Made by a program: the position numbers and the translations under genes. A stretch of 64,000 bases of DNA from a virus (lineage: Duplodnaviria; Caudoviricetes): positions 556 to 64,555 of the IMG/VR virus record IMGVR_UViG_3300012208_000004; one strand, written 5' to 3'. This document shows positions 37,278 through 47,837 of this stretch, piece after piece. Position 1 is the stretch's first letter. Every line of letters begins with the position of its first letter. The notes beneath the pieces were generated by a model. The model was not told the origin of the DNA, did no database searches, and saw only the letters and a list, made by a program, of their open reading frames with translations.

Positions 37278-37491
37278 GAGTTCTCCTTTTTCTTTTTCAG
37301 AAGCTCTTTCTTTCTCTCAATTAATTCATCTCGAGATCGATAGGAGAATTTTTTCTCCGTACTCCAACTTGATTCTCTATTCGTTCTTGATGCACCGCCA
37401 ACTTTTGACGTTTTAAATTTTGCCATGATCTATCCCTTCTTAAAAAGAAAGGGCAAGAAGTTATTCTCTCTTCTTGCCCAAACTACAAAAA

Positions 37492-38331
37492 CTACCACGT
37501 TTCGATTGTGTCGTCATCTTCTACTACTTGTCCGTTTTCCACACCTTGCACAACAGCCGCTATAGCTGGATCAGTCTTCTTTGGGGTATCTCCAAACGGA
37601 TCTGAATTATCTTCAGCAACTTTGGGAGGGCAAAATGCAACGATCCGATTGAACATTTCCTCTTCAGTCACCTGAGTAGCTATAGCCTTGATCCGATCAT
37701 GCATAGGCTTAGGGTTTTTATGCATGGTTATGAATTTTTTACCCTGTCCCTCTCCAACCTGTTCTATGGAGAAGTCGCATTCATTGATTTGGCAATTGTC
37801 AGGATCAAGTGGAAATTTCCAGAAGTACTGTAACACATCACCGATAATCCCAAATGCAGATAACTCTAGAAGTCGCACGGTATTCTTGACTTCTTTTATT
37901 ATCTTGGATTTATCCTCCTGAGTCTCTTCATACGTAACAATTTTTCCATCCTCATCAGTGATCTGATAGACAAACACAGGCAAGTAAATTGTCGCGTTAG
38001 GTTTGAGCTTCTTGTCCTCTTTTGCCATTTCGCAATAAAGGCAAGGCTTGTTGATCTCAGATGCGCAAATGGCATTGATGTTTAAATCTCTGTCCTTATT
38101 CCACTTGGAATGCCTAGACAAAGTAATTGTGTTTTGCATCTGATAGAGTGGCCGGATTAACGCTTTGTGTCCTGGTTTGAGCCACAGGAACAAAGGTTTC
38201 TTGTTGCCACCTTCCTTTGCTTTCTTAGCATTTTCAGCGGCTTCTTTTGCCCGTCTCATTTCACTTGCGATAACATCCATTGAATTAGCAGTTCGTAACA
38301 TGTAAAAATCCTCTTTCTTTTGCCTAGACAT
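37492..38331 (-). CDS. Putative single-stranded DNA-binding protein (gp32-like)
   Basis: H...C...C..C Zn motif, acidic C-terminal tail, next to exonuclease. Confidence 0.6.
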   Translation of the reverse strand: MSRQKKEDFYMLRTANSMDVIASEMRRAKEAAENAKKAKEGGNKKPLFLWLKPGHKALIRPLYQMQNTITLSRHSKWNKDRDLNINAICASEINKPCLYCEMAKEDKKLKPNATIYLPVFVYQITDEDGKIVTYEETQEDKSKIIKEVKNTVRLLELSAFGIIGDVLQYFWKFPLDPDNCQINECDFSIEQVGEGQGKKFITMHKNPKPMHDRIKAIATQVTEEEMFNRIVAFCPPKVAEDNSDPFGDTPKKTDPAIAAVVQGVENGQVVEDDDTIETW

Positions 38332-38577
38332 GGCTAGGTCTTTTAAATTAGTGGGTGCGAGGGAGAAGGAACACTATGCGCTTTCAAAAATCCCCCGCAC
38401 AACCTTCACTGGTGGATAGTATAGATCATTGTGGAAAGCTTGTCAAGAGTATTGGACATGTTTGAAAATATTGGTAAATTATTGACTATTCATAATAAGT
38501 ATGGTACAGTATTGGAAGTGGTGACCATGTATGCCCTATCCCCCTTGCAAGGTGGTATGGGCGAAAGGAGAGAGAAC

Positions 38578-38796
38578 TTGAATACTACTGTAGAAGATAA
38601 ATTGACAGTGAAACAGATGAGAGAGCAACTCGGATATAAGAATGATATATCCGTACTCCGTTTGATTAGGAACGGAGAAATAAGTGCCTCATTTATTAAA
38701 AACAGATACACCGTAGAAAATAGCGAATTTGATCGGTTCCTCGAATCGAGAAAAGGAGCAAAAGCAAACGACGTAAGACAAAAAAGAAAAAACTAA
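38578..38796 (+). CDS. Excisionase-like HTH (HTH_17) protein
   Basis: LTVKQ....LG......RLIRNGEI.A....RY.V; TTG start after AAGGAG. Confidence 0.7.
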   Translation: MNTTVEDKLTVKQMREQLGYKNDISVLRLIRNGEISASFIKNRYTVENSEFDRFLESRKGAKANDVRQKRKN

Positions 38797-38845
38797 GCAG
38801 AGGCAGATCTTGATACTTTCTCCCTTCTGCTATAAGGAGATTTAA

Positions 38846-40504
38846 ATGATAGAGTTAAGACCTTATCAAGAAGAGTGCGTGAGGCTCGTTCTTGAAGCAT
38901 TTGAGAAAGATAGAAGCGGATTTGAATTTCTTGTCTTAGCTACGGGCGCGGGTAAGACAATAATATTCAGTCATATCGGGCACAAGTTAAATAAGAAATA
39001 TGGGATGAATATCCTGATCGTAGCTCACAGAGACGAGTTATTATCGCAAGCTGCGGACAAGTATCACATGATAGATCCAACTGCCATCATTGGAAAGGTT
39101 GGGAGTGGAGTACATGAATATGGCGGACAGGTTACAGTAGCTAGTGTTGCTACCATCTGTAGACCTGAGCATCTCAAAAAGTTGCAAGAGATCGGCTATG
39201 GGCTTGTTGTTATAGACGAAGCGCATCATATGGCGAGTCGATCTTATCAAGAAGTTTTAAAAGTCCTTCCTAATGCTTTCAAGTTGGGCGTAACGGCGAC
39301 TCCTGATAGGCTCGACAAGAAAGATATCACCAACGGGAAAAAGCCGCTCTATCAGGCCGGAATCATTGATCTTGTGGAGCAAGGTTATCTCTGCAATTTT
39401 AAAGCCGTTGCCATTCAAACCCACATCAGTCTCGACAACGTAAAATCTTCGATGGGAGATTTTAACGAGGGAGAATTGAACGATGCGGTTAACACTCCGG
39501 CCCGTAACAATCTTATCGTTCAGAAATATCAGGAGCATGTTGACGGGAAAAGGGCAGTTGCTTTTTGTGTGACTGTTGCCCACGCTGAAGCGCTTGCCCA
39601 AACGTTCAATGAGGCTGAAATACCAGCTGCCATTATTGAAGGGAACACGCCGCTCGACAAACGAAAACAAATCTACCATGACTTTGAAACTGGGAAGATA
39701 AAAATCCTCACAAACGTCATGGTGCTCACAGAAGGATGGGATAGTCCAAGATGTGAAGTAGCAATCATGGCCCGACCTACACAGTCAAGAAGTCTGTATG
39801 TTCAGCAGTTTGGGCGCATCTTGCGCAAGTCACCAGGGAAGCAGCACGCCACATTGATAGACGTGACTGACAACTGCCTCAATCACAGATTATCCCCTCA
39901 AAACTTGCGCAAGGCCATTGTCAAGCACATCAATGATCAAGAGACACTGCTAGAAGCTCTCGAACGTGAGAAGCTCGAATCTGAAGAGAGAGAAATCCAA
40001 GTCAGGAAATTAAAGGAGAAAAGATTAAAAGATATTCACATTGATCTTTTTGAGAAGCTGGAGTGGAAGGAACTTCCAAACGGTGTCTATCTTCTGGAGA
40101 TAGGGCCAGAGAAACATAAGATAGCCCTTACACCTTCTACTAACCAACCCGATAGCTATTATGTCCAGCTCAAACGAGCGCCTTACAATGGTCCTCACGA
40201 CAAAGCGCAGAAGCTTATTGATAGTCCACTCCCAATCGACTGGGCACAGCAAGAGGCAGAGAAAGCCGCGCGTAAAATAATGTCTGAACCTCGAGGTATT
40301 TCCCTAGTCGATCCCTCGTCGCCTTGGAGAAATAAACCCATTTCTGAAAGTCAAATAAAGATGATGAAACGGAAGAAAATTACCTTCAATTTAGAGATGA
40401 AACGAGGGGAAGCTTCAGATTTAATCGACAAGCACAAAGCTGAAATAGAAAAGAGAAAAGCCGCTAAGCAAGCCCGCAAAGACGCTAAGGCAATTGAGGC
40501 ATAG
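38846..40504 (+). CDS. SF2 DEAD/DEAH-box helicase
   Basis: LRPYQ, ATGAGKT, DEAHH, TATP, Q..GR. Confidence 0.92.
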   Translation: MIELRPYQEECVRLVLEAFEKDRSGFEFLVLATGAGKTIIFSHIGHKLNKKYGMNILIVAHRDELLSQAADKYHMIDPTAIIGKVGSGVHEYGGQVTVASVATICRPEHLKKLQEIGYGLVVIDEAHHMASRSYQEVLKVLPNAFKLGVTATPDRLDKKDITNGKKPLYQAGIIDLVEQGYLCNFKAVAIQTHISLDNVKSSMGDFNEGELNDAVNTPARNNLIVQKYQEHVDGKRAVAFCVTVAHAEALAQTFNEAEIPAAIIEGNTPLDKRKQIYHDFETGKIKILTNVMVLTEGWDSPRCEVAIMARPTQSRSLYVQQFGRILRKSPGKQHATLIDVTDNCLNHRLSPQNLRKAIVKHINDQETLLEALEREKLESEEREIQVRKLKEKRLKDIHIDLFEKLEWKELPNGVYLLEIGPEKHKIALTPSTNQPDSYYVQLKRAPYNGPHDKAQKLIDSPLPIDWAQQEAEKAARKIMSEPRGISLVDPSSPWRNKPISESQIKMMKRKKITFNLEMKRGEASDLIDKHKAEIEKRKAAKQARKDAKAIEA

Positions 40505-40512
40505 ATCAATGC

Positions 40513-40582
40513 ACAAACAAAACATGTCTTTGTGTATACACATTGTGAAACATTGACATGTTTTGTTTGTACAAAGTATACT
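40513..40582 (+). promoter_or_regulatory. Promoter overlapped by a 16-bp inverted repeat
   Basis: ACAAACAAAACATGTC (40513-28) / GACATGTTTTGTTTGT (40555-70); TTGACA-18-TATACT. Confidence 0.65.
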
Positions 40583-40672
40583 TTCGGCATACTTCAATTA
40601 CTACTATTTATTCATAGTAAATGGCTATTTACACAAACAAAAGTCATTTACATTACAGATCGGAGCGTTACT

Positions 40673-40891
40673 ATGACATCTCCTCAATTTGTAACAAATG
40701 GTACCGAGAAAACATTTGTCTACGAGAAAGACGGCTTGCGAACCAACCTATCCGACCTTGTAAGCGCTGGCAATAATGACCCAGCTTGTATTTGTTATGC
40801 ACAATACAAAGATGGGCAAGATGCCCCTGTTGTAGAAATAAAATTTAATGAAGAGGAGCAAGAAATGCTCCGAAAATTACTCACCCGCTAA
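40673..40891 (+). CDS. Hypothetical protein
   Basis: GGAG SD before MTSPQ. Confidence 0.55.
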   Translation: MTSPQFVTNGTEKTFVYEKDGLRTNLSDLVSAGNNDPACICYAQYKDGQDAPVVEIKFNEEEQEMLRKLLTR

Positions 40892-40897
40892 TTGAAA

Positions 40898-40919
40898 AAC
40901 CCTCCCAATTGGGAGGGTT
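40898..40919. terminator. Bidirectional terminator
   Basis: Perfect palindrome AACCCTCCCAATTGGGAGGGTT between convergent genes. Confidence 0.7.
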
Positions 40920-40925
40920 CATTTT

Positions 40926-41225
40926 TTATTCTTCCGAATTAACTTCAGCAATCACGCGTTTTAACTCATCTTCCCACTCCCGTTCTTGCCCTATCCTAAC
41001 AGACTTCCTAAAGATATCTAGTACTCTTTTATCGTGATATACATTTAGTTGATTTATAGGCAACTTGATAAGCGGAATAGCTATTCCGCTTTCTGCTTTC
41101 AGCTTTTTTACCCTTCTTCTAAATCCAGTATCAGTCATACCAACGTACTTTGCGCCGTTGGTCCAGTTGTAGTACTCCCTTCCATTATGAAGAGCGTACT
41201 CAATACCTCTTTCGTCTTCTGGCAT
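40926..41225 (-). CDS. Hypothetical HTH-like protein
   Basis: GAKYVGM...GFRRRV. Confidence 0.5.
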   Translation of the reverse strand: MPEDERGIEYALHNGREYYNWTNGAKYVGMTDTGFRRRVKKLKAESGIAIPLIKLPINQLNVYHDKRVLDIFRKSVRIGQEREWEDELKRVIAEVNSEE

Positions 41226-41451
41226 GAAATTTTTCCTTTCGAACTTGTCTCAAACTGCACCAAAATAATCCAAACAATACCACTACTCTCTTGTATTATA
41301 CAGCACTTTGATAAGTGCTCACTAGTCGGAAAGAGGGACAAATAGTATTGTTCAGTTATGAATACGATTGAGTAATATGAAATATCACGGACAAAGTACT
41401 ATATTGCCCGTGATTTTCATCTTGTATTATTTTGTTCCACAGGAACATCTT

Positions 41452-42744
41452 TTATCTAAATCGTCCACATCCACATGGACATTTTGAATTGAGAAAAGCC
41501 ATAGGCGTAAAACTGTTGTGAAGCTGCTCTTTTATCGTGAGAGCATTCAGATCAACATCCGGCCCGTGCCATTGTGTTCTAGAGAGGTCAATTTCAACGC
41601 CGCGCCCATACTTTTGCACTGGCTCGTTACCCCTTGCAAGGGGGATAGGAGGTTCAGGCGTGGGCACGTCAATTTTCCTCATAGACATCAGTCCAGCTTC
41701 AATCCATTCCCTCAGTGTATGCGGTCCCCTATCTGGGAAGAACTTTTGCATAAGGATATCATTGGGATCTTTTGCGATAAGCGGGCTCCAACGTTGGCAT
41801 TTTTCCTCGAGATGTTCGAGCCAATATTCCGCGCCGGAGTCGCCCGAGTCGTCCTCATCGAACGATTGCAGGATGCAAGAGGCTAGGTTCAACTCTGATA
41901 CCCAACGCGCTAACCGCCCGCGAGTCGTGCTTCCTGTGGCCACACAGGCTATCAGGTCTCCTGCCTCTTGCTCCACAGACAAACAGCAGATCTCACCTTC
42001 AACAATCATGACAGGAAATTCATACTGGACTGTGTTGACGTTGTAAAGTCCTTCACCGGAGCCAAGTACTTGCCCATAGGATTGTTCTTTACCAGGACGT
42101 TTGATGGCCAATCTCCAAAGTTCACTACCGTAAAACCAGGGGATGAGAATGCCATCGGGAATACGCACTTTATCCTTACTCGAATTTCCAGGGTCAAGTC
42201 CCCAATCTTTCAATTCAGATTCGAAGTAGCTTCCATTGGATAGCTTCGGAACATATCCCAGCTTCTTTTTCTTGATAATTTCATCACCTAAACCACGCCC
42301 GTGCAAGTAGTCAAGCATATCCTTTCCTGCAGGACTCCAGAGAACGCTAGCAGCACGTTCGACTAAATCCTTTCCAATGTCCTGCCACGCCTTGCAAGGG
42401 GGTTGTTCCTTGCCACTGGGAATGTTTTGAGATGGTTTAGAAGGAACATAGTCACCGTTAACCTCAAGTCCTAAGACATCGCAAGCTTCACTATGACTCA
42501 TGTTGCAATAGTCACGTAAAAAATCCTTACAATCGCCATGCCATCCACATCCAGACGCGCGGGTAGCACAGGTAAACTGCCCTGTTTCTGGTCTTGTTAT
42601 GAAGCGGTCATGCCCTCCACATCGTGGGCAGTTGCTATGGTACTCAAGCACGCCGTGTACAGTCGCAGGACGTCCAACAACGTCAATGAGAGCGTAATGC
42701 TCTATGAGAGATTTTATATCGTAAAGCGGGCTTAGTGTCGGCAT
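41452..42744 (-). CDS. DNA primase (Zn finger + TOPRIM)
   Basis: CPRCGGHDRF..C..GD, YLHGRGL, VEGE, FDEDDSG, KDPND. Confidence 0.88.
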   Translation of the reverse strand: MPTLSPLYDIKSLIEHYALIDVVGRPATVHGVLEYHSNCPRCGGHDRFITRPETGQFTCATRASGCGWHGDCKDFLRDYCNMSHSEACDVLGLEVNGDYVPSKPSQNIPSGKEQPPCKAWQDIGKDLVERAASVLWSPAGKDMLDYLHGRGLGDEIIKKKKLGYVPKLSNGSYFESELKDWGLDPGNSSKDKVRIPDGILIPWFYGSELWRLAIKRPGKEQSYGQVLGSGEGLYNVNTVQYEFPVMIVEGEICCLSVEQEAGDLIACVATGSTTRGRLARWVSELNLASCILQSFDEDDSGDSGAEYWLEHLEEKCQRWSPLIAKDPNDILMQKFFPDRGPHTLREWIEAGLMSMRKIDVPTPEPPIPLARGNEPVQKYGRGVEIDLSRTQWHGPDVDLNALTIKEQLHNSFTPMAFLNSKCPCGCGRFR

Positions 42745-42748
42745 GATG

Positions 42749-43444
42749 TCAAGATATCCTTTCCATTTCAAGTACATTAATCAACTGCAAGCCTATCCAA
42801 TGGGTATAAGATGGAGGAATAGCCTGACTCAACTCTTTCAAATTCATCCAAGGAATACCCATAGCCTTTTGCCCTATAACAAGTTTGTAATTCCCCTCAC
42901 GACGCTGTATCTGCCCATTTGAACATTGATACAAGGTATCGCTTGCAAAATCCCCATATCCAAAGACCTTACCTCCAACGGGATTATAAAAACCACTAGA
43001 GTGTCGACATGCACATGGAGCAAACAGGAAGTGAGAACAGGAAAACCAACGATGGCGTCTAACCTCTAAACCAAACATCGAACCGCAAAGAATAAGAGCA
43101 TCTGGCATTTCCTTACTTCTTGCCACGTTTTCGATAACCCAAGGAAGTCCCGATGCTTCCAATCGTTCCCTCACTGGTAAGATCAATTTGGGCGACGGAT
43201 CAAGGTTTGCATTTTTAAAATGCTGAGTAGCGCTATAGCTCTGACATGGCGGTGAAGCATGGATTGCTGAAAATTGAGATAGGTCTACAGAGTCAAGGTA
43301 CTCCAGTGCGTCGGCCTGGTGAAATTCATAGGGATAATGTGGTTGTGGAGCAATATCCACTCCGACTATCTCAAATCCAGCATCAGCATACCCACGAGCA
43401 CATCCTCCGGCCCCTGAGAAGAGATCAAGTAATTTGGGCATCAT
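42749..43444 (-). CDS. C5-cytosine DNA methyltransferase
   Basis: LLDLFSGAGG, SPPCQ, IENV, R.R.F. Confidence 0.88.
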   Translation of the reverse strand: MMPKLLDLFSGAGGCARGYADAGFEIVGVDIAPQPHYPYEFHQADALEYLDSVDLSQFSAIHASPPCQSYSATQHFKNANLDPSPKLILPVRERLEASGLPWVIENVARSKEMPDALILCGSMFGLEVRRHRWFSCSHFLFAPCACRHSSGFYNPVGGKVFGYGDFASDTLYQCSNGQIQRREGNYKLVIGQKAMGIPWMNLKELSQAIPPSYTHWIGLQLINVLEMERIS

Positions 43445-45672
43445 CCCACCTCGGCAAAGTCGAATAAGGTACCTTGTGATCTTACTTTTATCATGTCGTC
43501 AAGGTTATTTTGAGCCGTCTTAAAGTAGCTGGGCTTTAATTCTATACCATAATACTTTCTGTAAAACTCTAACGCTTTAACACCAGTTGAGCCAATTCCA
43601 TTGAATGGGTCTAAAATTGTTTCTCCTGAATTGCTATACAGCTTGATAAGCCTTTCAATTAACCCAAGCTGCAAAGGGCATACATGCCTTTCGTCTTTTG
43701 CCTCTCTTGCTTCCTTAACGTTTAAAGTGTCCCATTGATCGATATCATACCAGATAGCGCTTGCCCATAATATCCATTCCTCACGGGTAAGCTGCTGCTT
43801 GACGGGAATTGCATTCTTTCCTGGTTTTTTGAAGACAAGAACATAATCCGCAAAGGTAGAACGCATTTCAGATGTATCTTTCTCCAATTGCTGAAATGCT
43901 AGCCCCTTTGCATGGGAACGAATAGAAGCTGTCTGTGGATTTTTATCTATCGTAATATCGGAATGATATATCCATCCCCTTTCCACAAATGCCCAAATCA
44001 CATCACCACGAAAATCATGAATACCAATCACTCCATCATTAACAAGTGTCAAGGGAATTTGGGAAACGTGTACACAAATGTTTCTTCCGGGTTTCACTAC
44101 TCTCATCAACTCATCAATGATGTACCTGAAATGCTGAAAAAATTCCTGCCTATTTCTGTTATTTCCTAAATCACGCTCTGTAGGTGAATAAGTGTACAGA
44201 CTAGCAAAAGGAGGTGAAAAGATTGACAAGTCAACAGAATTGCTTGCAAACTCTTTCAACCGTTCACAAGAGTCCCCAAGAATAAGCGTATAATCATCAG
44301 TTTGAATTATATCTTCTCCATACTCAAACTTTTCTTCTTGCTTGTGTTCAATCTCAGCTCTTTCAAATGATTGAACATTCTTGATTAATTCGTCTGACAT
44401 CTTTTTTGCCTCTTCTTCCTTTCGTAGGACATTCTGAAAAATCTCTTCTTCAATGTCACTCAACACGATGTACACGTATACAGGGGATTGTTGCCCAAAT
44501 CGCAATGACCGTCTGACTCCCTGGTAGTAAATCTCGAATGAGTCATTTAGTCCCAGCCATATCTGGTTATGGCAGTTCTGAAGGTTAATGCCCATGCCAG
44601 CGATCTTGGCTTTTGTCACGAGAACGCGGATTTTTCCTGACTGGAAATCTTCAATGGTTTGAATTTTCTTATCCGGTGAGTCCTTCCCTGCAAGCTCAAC
44701 TGCTCCTGGAATGGACTTCGTACAAACTGACGACTCATCATTCAATCCACACCACACAATCCATTGCTCATCTTTTTTGCTCTGAACAAGCTTCACAGCC
44801 TCAACTAATCGATCTTCAATTGTCCCCTTCCTCACCTTGGCACGGTCTGACACACCCTTTAATCCAGAGAAAAAGAGTTGTCCTTCTGGGACGTAGTTGC
44901 ACGTGACTATGGCCCTCTCAACATATAATGGAGGAAGATTATAACCCTCATCAGAAAAGTTGGGACTGAGATCCGATGGCTTTTTAACCGACATAGACCA
45001 GGACGCAAGCCACTGATAAAAAGCGTTGGTAGCGTGCCCTTTGAGTCTCCATCCACCATGTGCTGACGTATTTGAGTCATGCGTCATGAACATAGCTTTC
45101 ATTTCCTGAGTTGTCATAATCCCCAAGAATTCCGCGTGATTGCCTAGCTCTACATGGTCATTTGGCGCTGGCGTCGCCGTACATGCCAACCGATAAGGAA
45201 CATTTCTAGCTTTCTCAATAAGCTTTTGACAAGTCGCACCTGTCAAGTTCTTGAGGATTGAACTTTCATCCAAGACAATGCATCCAAAGTCATCAAAATT
45301 AAAATGGTCAATCATCTCATAGTTAGTGATGTTTATCCCGTCAACAATATCTGAACCAGAACGAGTATAGTGAACTTCTACATCAATTTTCTTTGCTTCG
45401 TTTACCGTCTGACGGGCTACTGACAACGGAGCAATGATTAATGTACGCATTTTTGTCAAACGAGCATACTCTACAGACATAAACGTCTTTCCCATACCCG
45501 TGTCGACAAATAAAGCAGCTCTACCCTTGCGCAATGCCCACTGGACAAGTATTTTCTGGAATGGGAACAATTGAGGATGGATAGCATCCAAAGGAATATC
45601 TATTCCTGATGTTTGGGCAACCGTTCGCTTACTTGCGAGAAACGATGCATAGTCCTGCATTGTTTCAATCAT
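43441..45672 (-). CDS. SNF2-like helicase fused to amino (N4/N6) DNA methyltransferase
   Basis: TGMGKT, DESS, TATP, then FSPPF and DPFNGIGST. Confidence 0.88.
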   Translation of the reverse strand: MIETMQDYASFLASKRTVAQTSGIDIPLDAIHPQLFPFQKILVQWALRKGRAALFVDTGMGKTFMSVEYARLTKMRTLIIAPLSVARQTVNEAKKIDVEVHYTRSGSDIVDGINITNYEMIDHFNFDDFGCIVLDESSILKNLTGATCQKLIEKARNVPYRLACTATPAPNDHVELGNHAEFLGIMTTQEMKAMFMTHDSNTSAHGGWRLKGHATNAFYQWLASWSMSVKKPSDLSPNFSDEGYNLPPLYVERAIVTCNYVPEGQLFFSGLKGVSDRAKVRKGTIEDRLVEAVKLVQSKKDEQWIVWCGLNDESSVCTKSIPGAVELAGKDSPDKKIQTIEDFQSGKIRVLVTKAKIAGMGINLQNCHNQIWLGLNDSFEIYYQGVRRSLRFGQQSPVYVYIVLSDIEEEIFQNVLRKEEEAKKMSDELIKNVQSFERAEIEHKQEEKFEYGEDIIQTDDYTLILGDSCERLKEFASNSVDLSIFSPPFASLYTYSPTERDLGNNRNRQEFFQHFRYIIDELMRVVKPGRNICVHVSQIPLTLVNDGVIGIHDFRGDVIWAFVERGWIYHSDITIDKNPQTASIRSHAKGLAFQQLEKDTSEMRSTFADYVLVFKKPGKNAIPVKQQLTREEWILWASAIWYDIDQWDTLNVKEAREAKDERHVCPLQLGLIERLIKLYSNSGETILDPFNGIGSTGVKALEFYRKYYGIELKPSYFKTAQNNLDDMIKVRSQGTLFDFAEVG

Positions 45673-45995
45673 TTCTTTCTCCTAGTGTCGTATCTGCCCC
45701 TTGCAAGGGGCATAACAGGAACAGGATGTACAGGTCTCATATCCTCCTGCTGATATTTATTTGTTGTAGTTTTCTTCTCATCAATGCGATAACTAAATCT
45801 ACCAGGATGAAATTTTTCACTATTTTTCACATACTCCTCACACTCTTTACGTGTATCAAACTCCACTATCGAAGCATCACTCGTAACAAAATCATACATG
45901 GATATGTTCCCAATAATAACTCTCATAGTTGTCATATCCTTTCTATGCACACACTTAACGAGATCTCGCAACGTGGGTTTTCTGCATCTGCCCAT
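45669..45995 (-). CDS. Hypothetical protein (start probably internal, MTTMRV)
   Basis: Fills the operon gap, coupled to next gene. Confidence 0.45.
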   Translation of the reverse strand: MGRCRKPTLRDLVKCVHRKDMTTMRVIIGNISMYDFVTSDASIVEFDTRKECEEYVKNSEKFHPGRFSYRIDEKKTTTNKYQQEDMRPVHPVPVMPLARGRYDTRRKK

Positions 45996-46444
45996 TTTCG
46001 TGTTCGCTTATCGACTATGGTATTGTCATTGATGGGGACACCGCCTAACTTCAAGAACTTCCCAAGGGAGTCTGTTATGTGCTTCTCGCATCCATCTAAG
46101 TCTCGTAACCACAATGTGCGGAAATAAAACTTGATGTCTGCCACAAGAGGAACCTTATCCTTGCCCGTGCTAATCTCACTAATGATCTTGATCCAATCCC
46201 AATCCGCTATTACTATCCCCTGATTTAAGTCCAAGTATTGAGCAACATTTTCTTTAAATTCTCTTGCTTCATCAGAATCCATAAGCGTGTGTGCCCATTT
46301 CCCCTTCTTGGTTTTCATCTTGCGAATAGTGTATGAATGGTTGATTCCAGGGGGAAGAAAGGGCACAACAATCTTGCAGAATGGATCTAGGGGCCATGCT
46401 ACCCCTTGCAAGGGGGATGGTTTGGGTTTAGCTCGTGTGGGCAT
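45932..46444 (-). CDS. RusA-like Holliday junction resolvase
   Basis: PPGINHSY, RDLDG..K...D.L....IND, NPRCEI. Confidence 0.8.
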   Translation of the reverse strand: MPTRAKPKPSPLQGVAWPLDPFCKIVVPFLPPGINHSYTIRKMKTKKGKWAHTLMDSDEAREFKENVAQYLDLNQGIVIADWDWIKIISEISTGKDKVPLVADIKFYFRTLWLRDLDGCEKHITDSLGKFLKLGGVPINDNTIVDKRTRKWADAENPRCEISLSVCIERI

Positions 46445-46772
46445 GGGTTTCCTCCTTTTTCTTTTCTGGAGGAAAGAGAAATTTTTCCTCTAATTCCTTG
46501 CCAATTTTTAATGCTGATATTACTCTTGGATCAATCTTAATCTGTTTAACCGAACAATTCCAATCCATCATATCAGAAGCAGCATTAAACCATTCTTCTG
46601 CCATCTTAGCGGTCATACTCCATATTTTCAGTGTCCAACCACTTTGGACATGAATAAGAGCGTACAAATCTTTATTGCACTTCTGAAGAGCTAAACCATC
46701 CTTGCATAACACAGGATCTATTTCTCGCAATAATTCACTTCCATCCTTTTCAAAACAAAGAACTTTTATCAT
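46428..46772 (-). CDS. Hypothetical protein
   Basis: GGAGG SD. Confidence 0.6.
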   Translation of the reverse strand: MIKVLCFEKDGSELLREIDPVLCKDGLALQKCNKDLYALIHVQSGWTLKIWSMTAKMAEEWFNAASDMMDWNCSVKQIKIDPRVISALKIGKELEEKFLFPPEKKKEETHAHTS

Positions 46773-46782
46773 ATTTCACCTC

Positions 46783-47025
46783 CTAAGAAATACATCTCGA
46801 ACAAATTGCTAGCCCGTTTCTCATTGGAGCAAGCTGATTGCAGAAGAAACAGCGTCCTGGTTTCTGTTTCTGGTTATTGAGCTGAAAGTTTTCTTCCAAT
46901 TGCTCAGCTAGTTTTGAGTGCGTACAAATACGACTAACACAAGAACTACATTTCATGTACCCTCTGAATTGTTCTACTACAAATATGTTGCTTGTATGCA
47001 GTTCCCACCGGATCACGACTCCCAA
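46783..47025 (-). CDS. Zn-finger protein
   Basis: CSSC...CTH and CFFC...CSRC; start uncertain. Confidence 0.5.
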   Translation of the reverse strand: MGVVIRWELHTSNIFVVEQFRGYMKCSSCVSRICTHSKLAEQLEENFQLNNQKQKPGRCFFCNQLAPMRNGLAICSRCIS

Positions 47026-47202
47026 GTCGTGTCTTTTGTGCTCGGTAGATGGTTGGATTGGATCATTTGCTCTCTCCTTTTTGTTTGACCTTGTGTGAAT
47101 AGTATAGACTATTTACGATATTTAGTCAATAGTATTGTATATTCTTAATCAGTATGGTACAGTATTGAAAGTGATAGTAGTTTTTAATGAAAGGATAAAT
47201 TC

Positions 47203-47394
47203 ATGCCACAAAGAAAAGGACTAGCCATGGTCAGCATTGAAAGAAGAAAAGAAATTAGTCGAGCAGGTGGAAAAGCCGCGCACGCACTCGGCACTGCCCA
47301 CAAATGGGATAGTGAAGAGGCTAGTAAAGCTGGAAAAATCGGCGGGACCATTAGTAGAAGAGGACCATCAAGAAAGAAAGAGGTTTCAGAATGA
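47203..47394 (+). CDS. KGG-repeat stress-induced protein (YciG/GsiB-like)
   Basis: RKEISRAGGKAAH...H.W..EEA.KAGKIGG. Confidence 0.8.
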   Translation: MPQRKGLAMVSIERRKEISRAGGKAAHALGTAHKWDSEEASKAGKIGGTISRRGPSRKKEVSE

Positions 47395-47837
47395 TTTACC
47401 AACAAAAATTGATCATACTGCCCACTCGTGCCTATGGAGAAGATATCACCATCAATATCACCGCACACGAAGCTGAGGGACTTGCCTATCACGGCGTAGG
47501 AGGTGATGAAAGAGAAGGGTGGGTGATAACTCACTTGGCAAGCAAGAAAGCCCTTTGCTCACCAATTGGAACGGAGCATGAAGTTAAATTGCTTATGGAA
47601 AGGGTAGCAGAAATTACTGATTGGAATCAATCTGGAGAGGAACTTATCAAGCAACCAAAGATTGCAACCGAATTCAAGAAATACCAAACAAGTGTAAGGC
47701 AAGGACTCAACATGGAGCTTGAAGCGGCCATGAAGCAATCAAATATACCAGAGCACCTGGTAGAGACAGTGATGTACAGTTTAGAGGACGATATTCTCAG
47801 GAGTGCACTCCTGTATGCTTTCAAAATTGTTCATTGA
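47391..47837 (+). CDS. Hypothetical protein
   Basis: ATGA coupling. Confidence 0.6.
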   Translation: MIYQQKLIILPTRAYGEDITINITAHEAEGLAYHGVGGDEREGWVITHLASKKALCSPIGTEHEVKLLMERVAEITDWNQSGEELIKQPKIATEFKKYQTSVRQGLNMELEAAMKQSNIPEHLVETVMYSLEDDILRSALLYAFKIVH

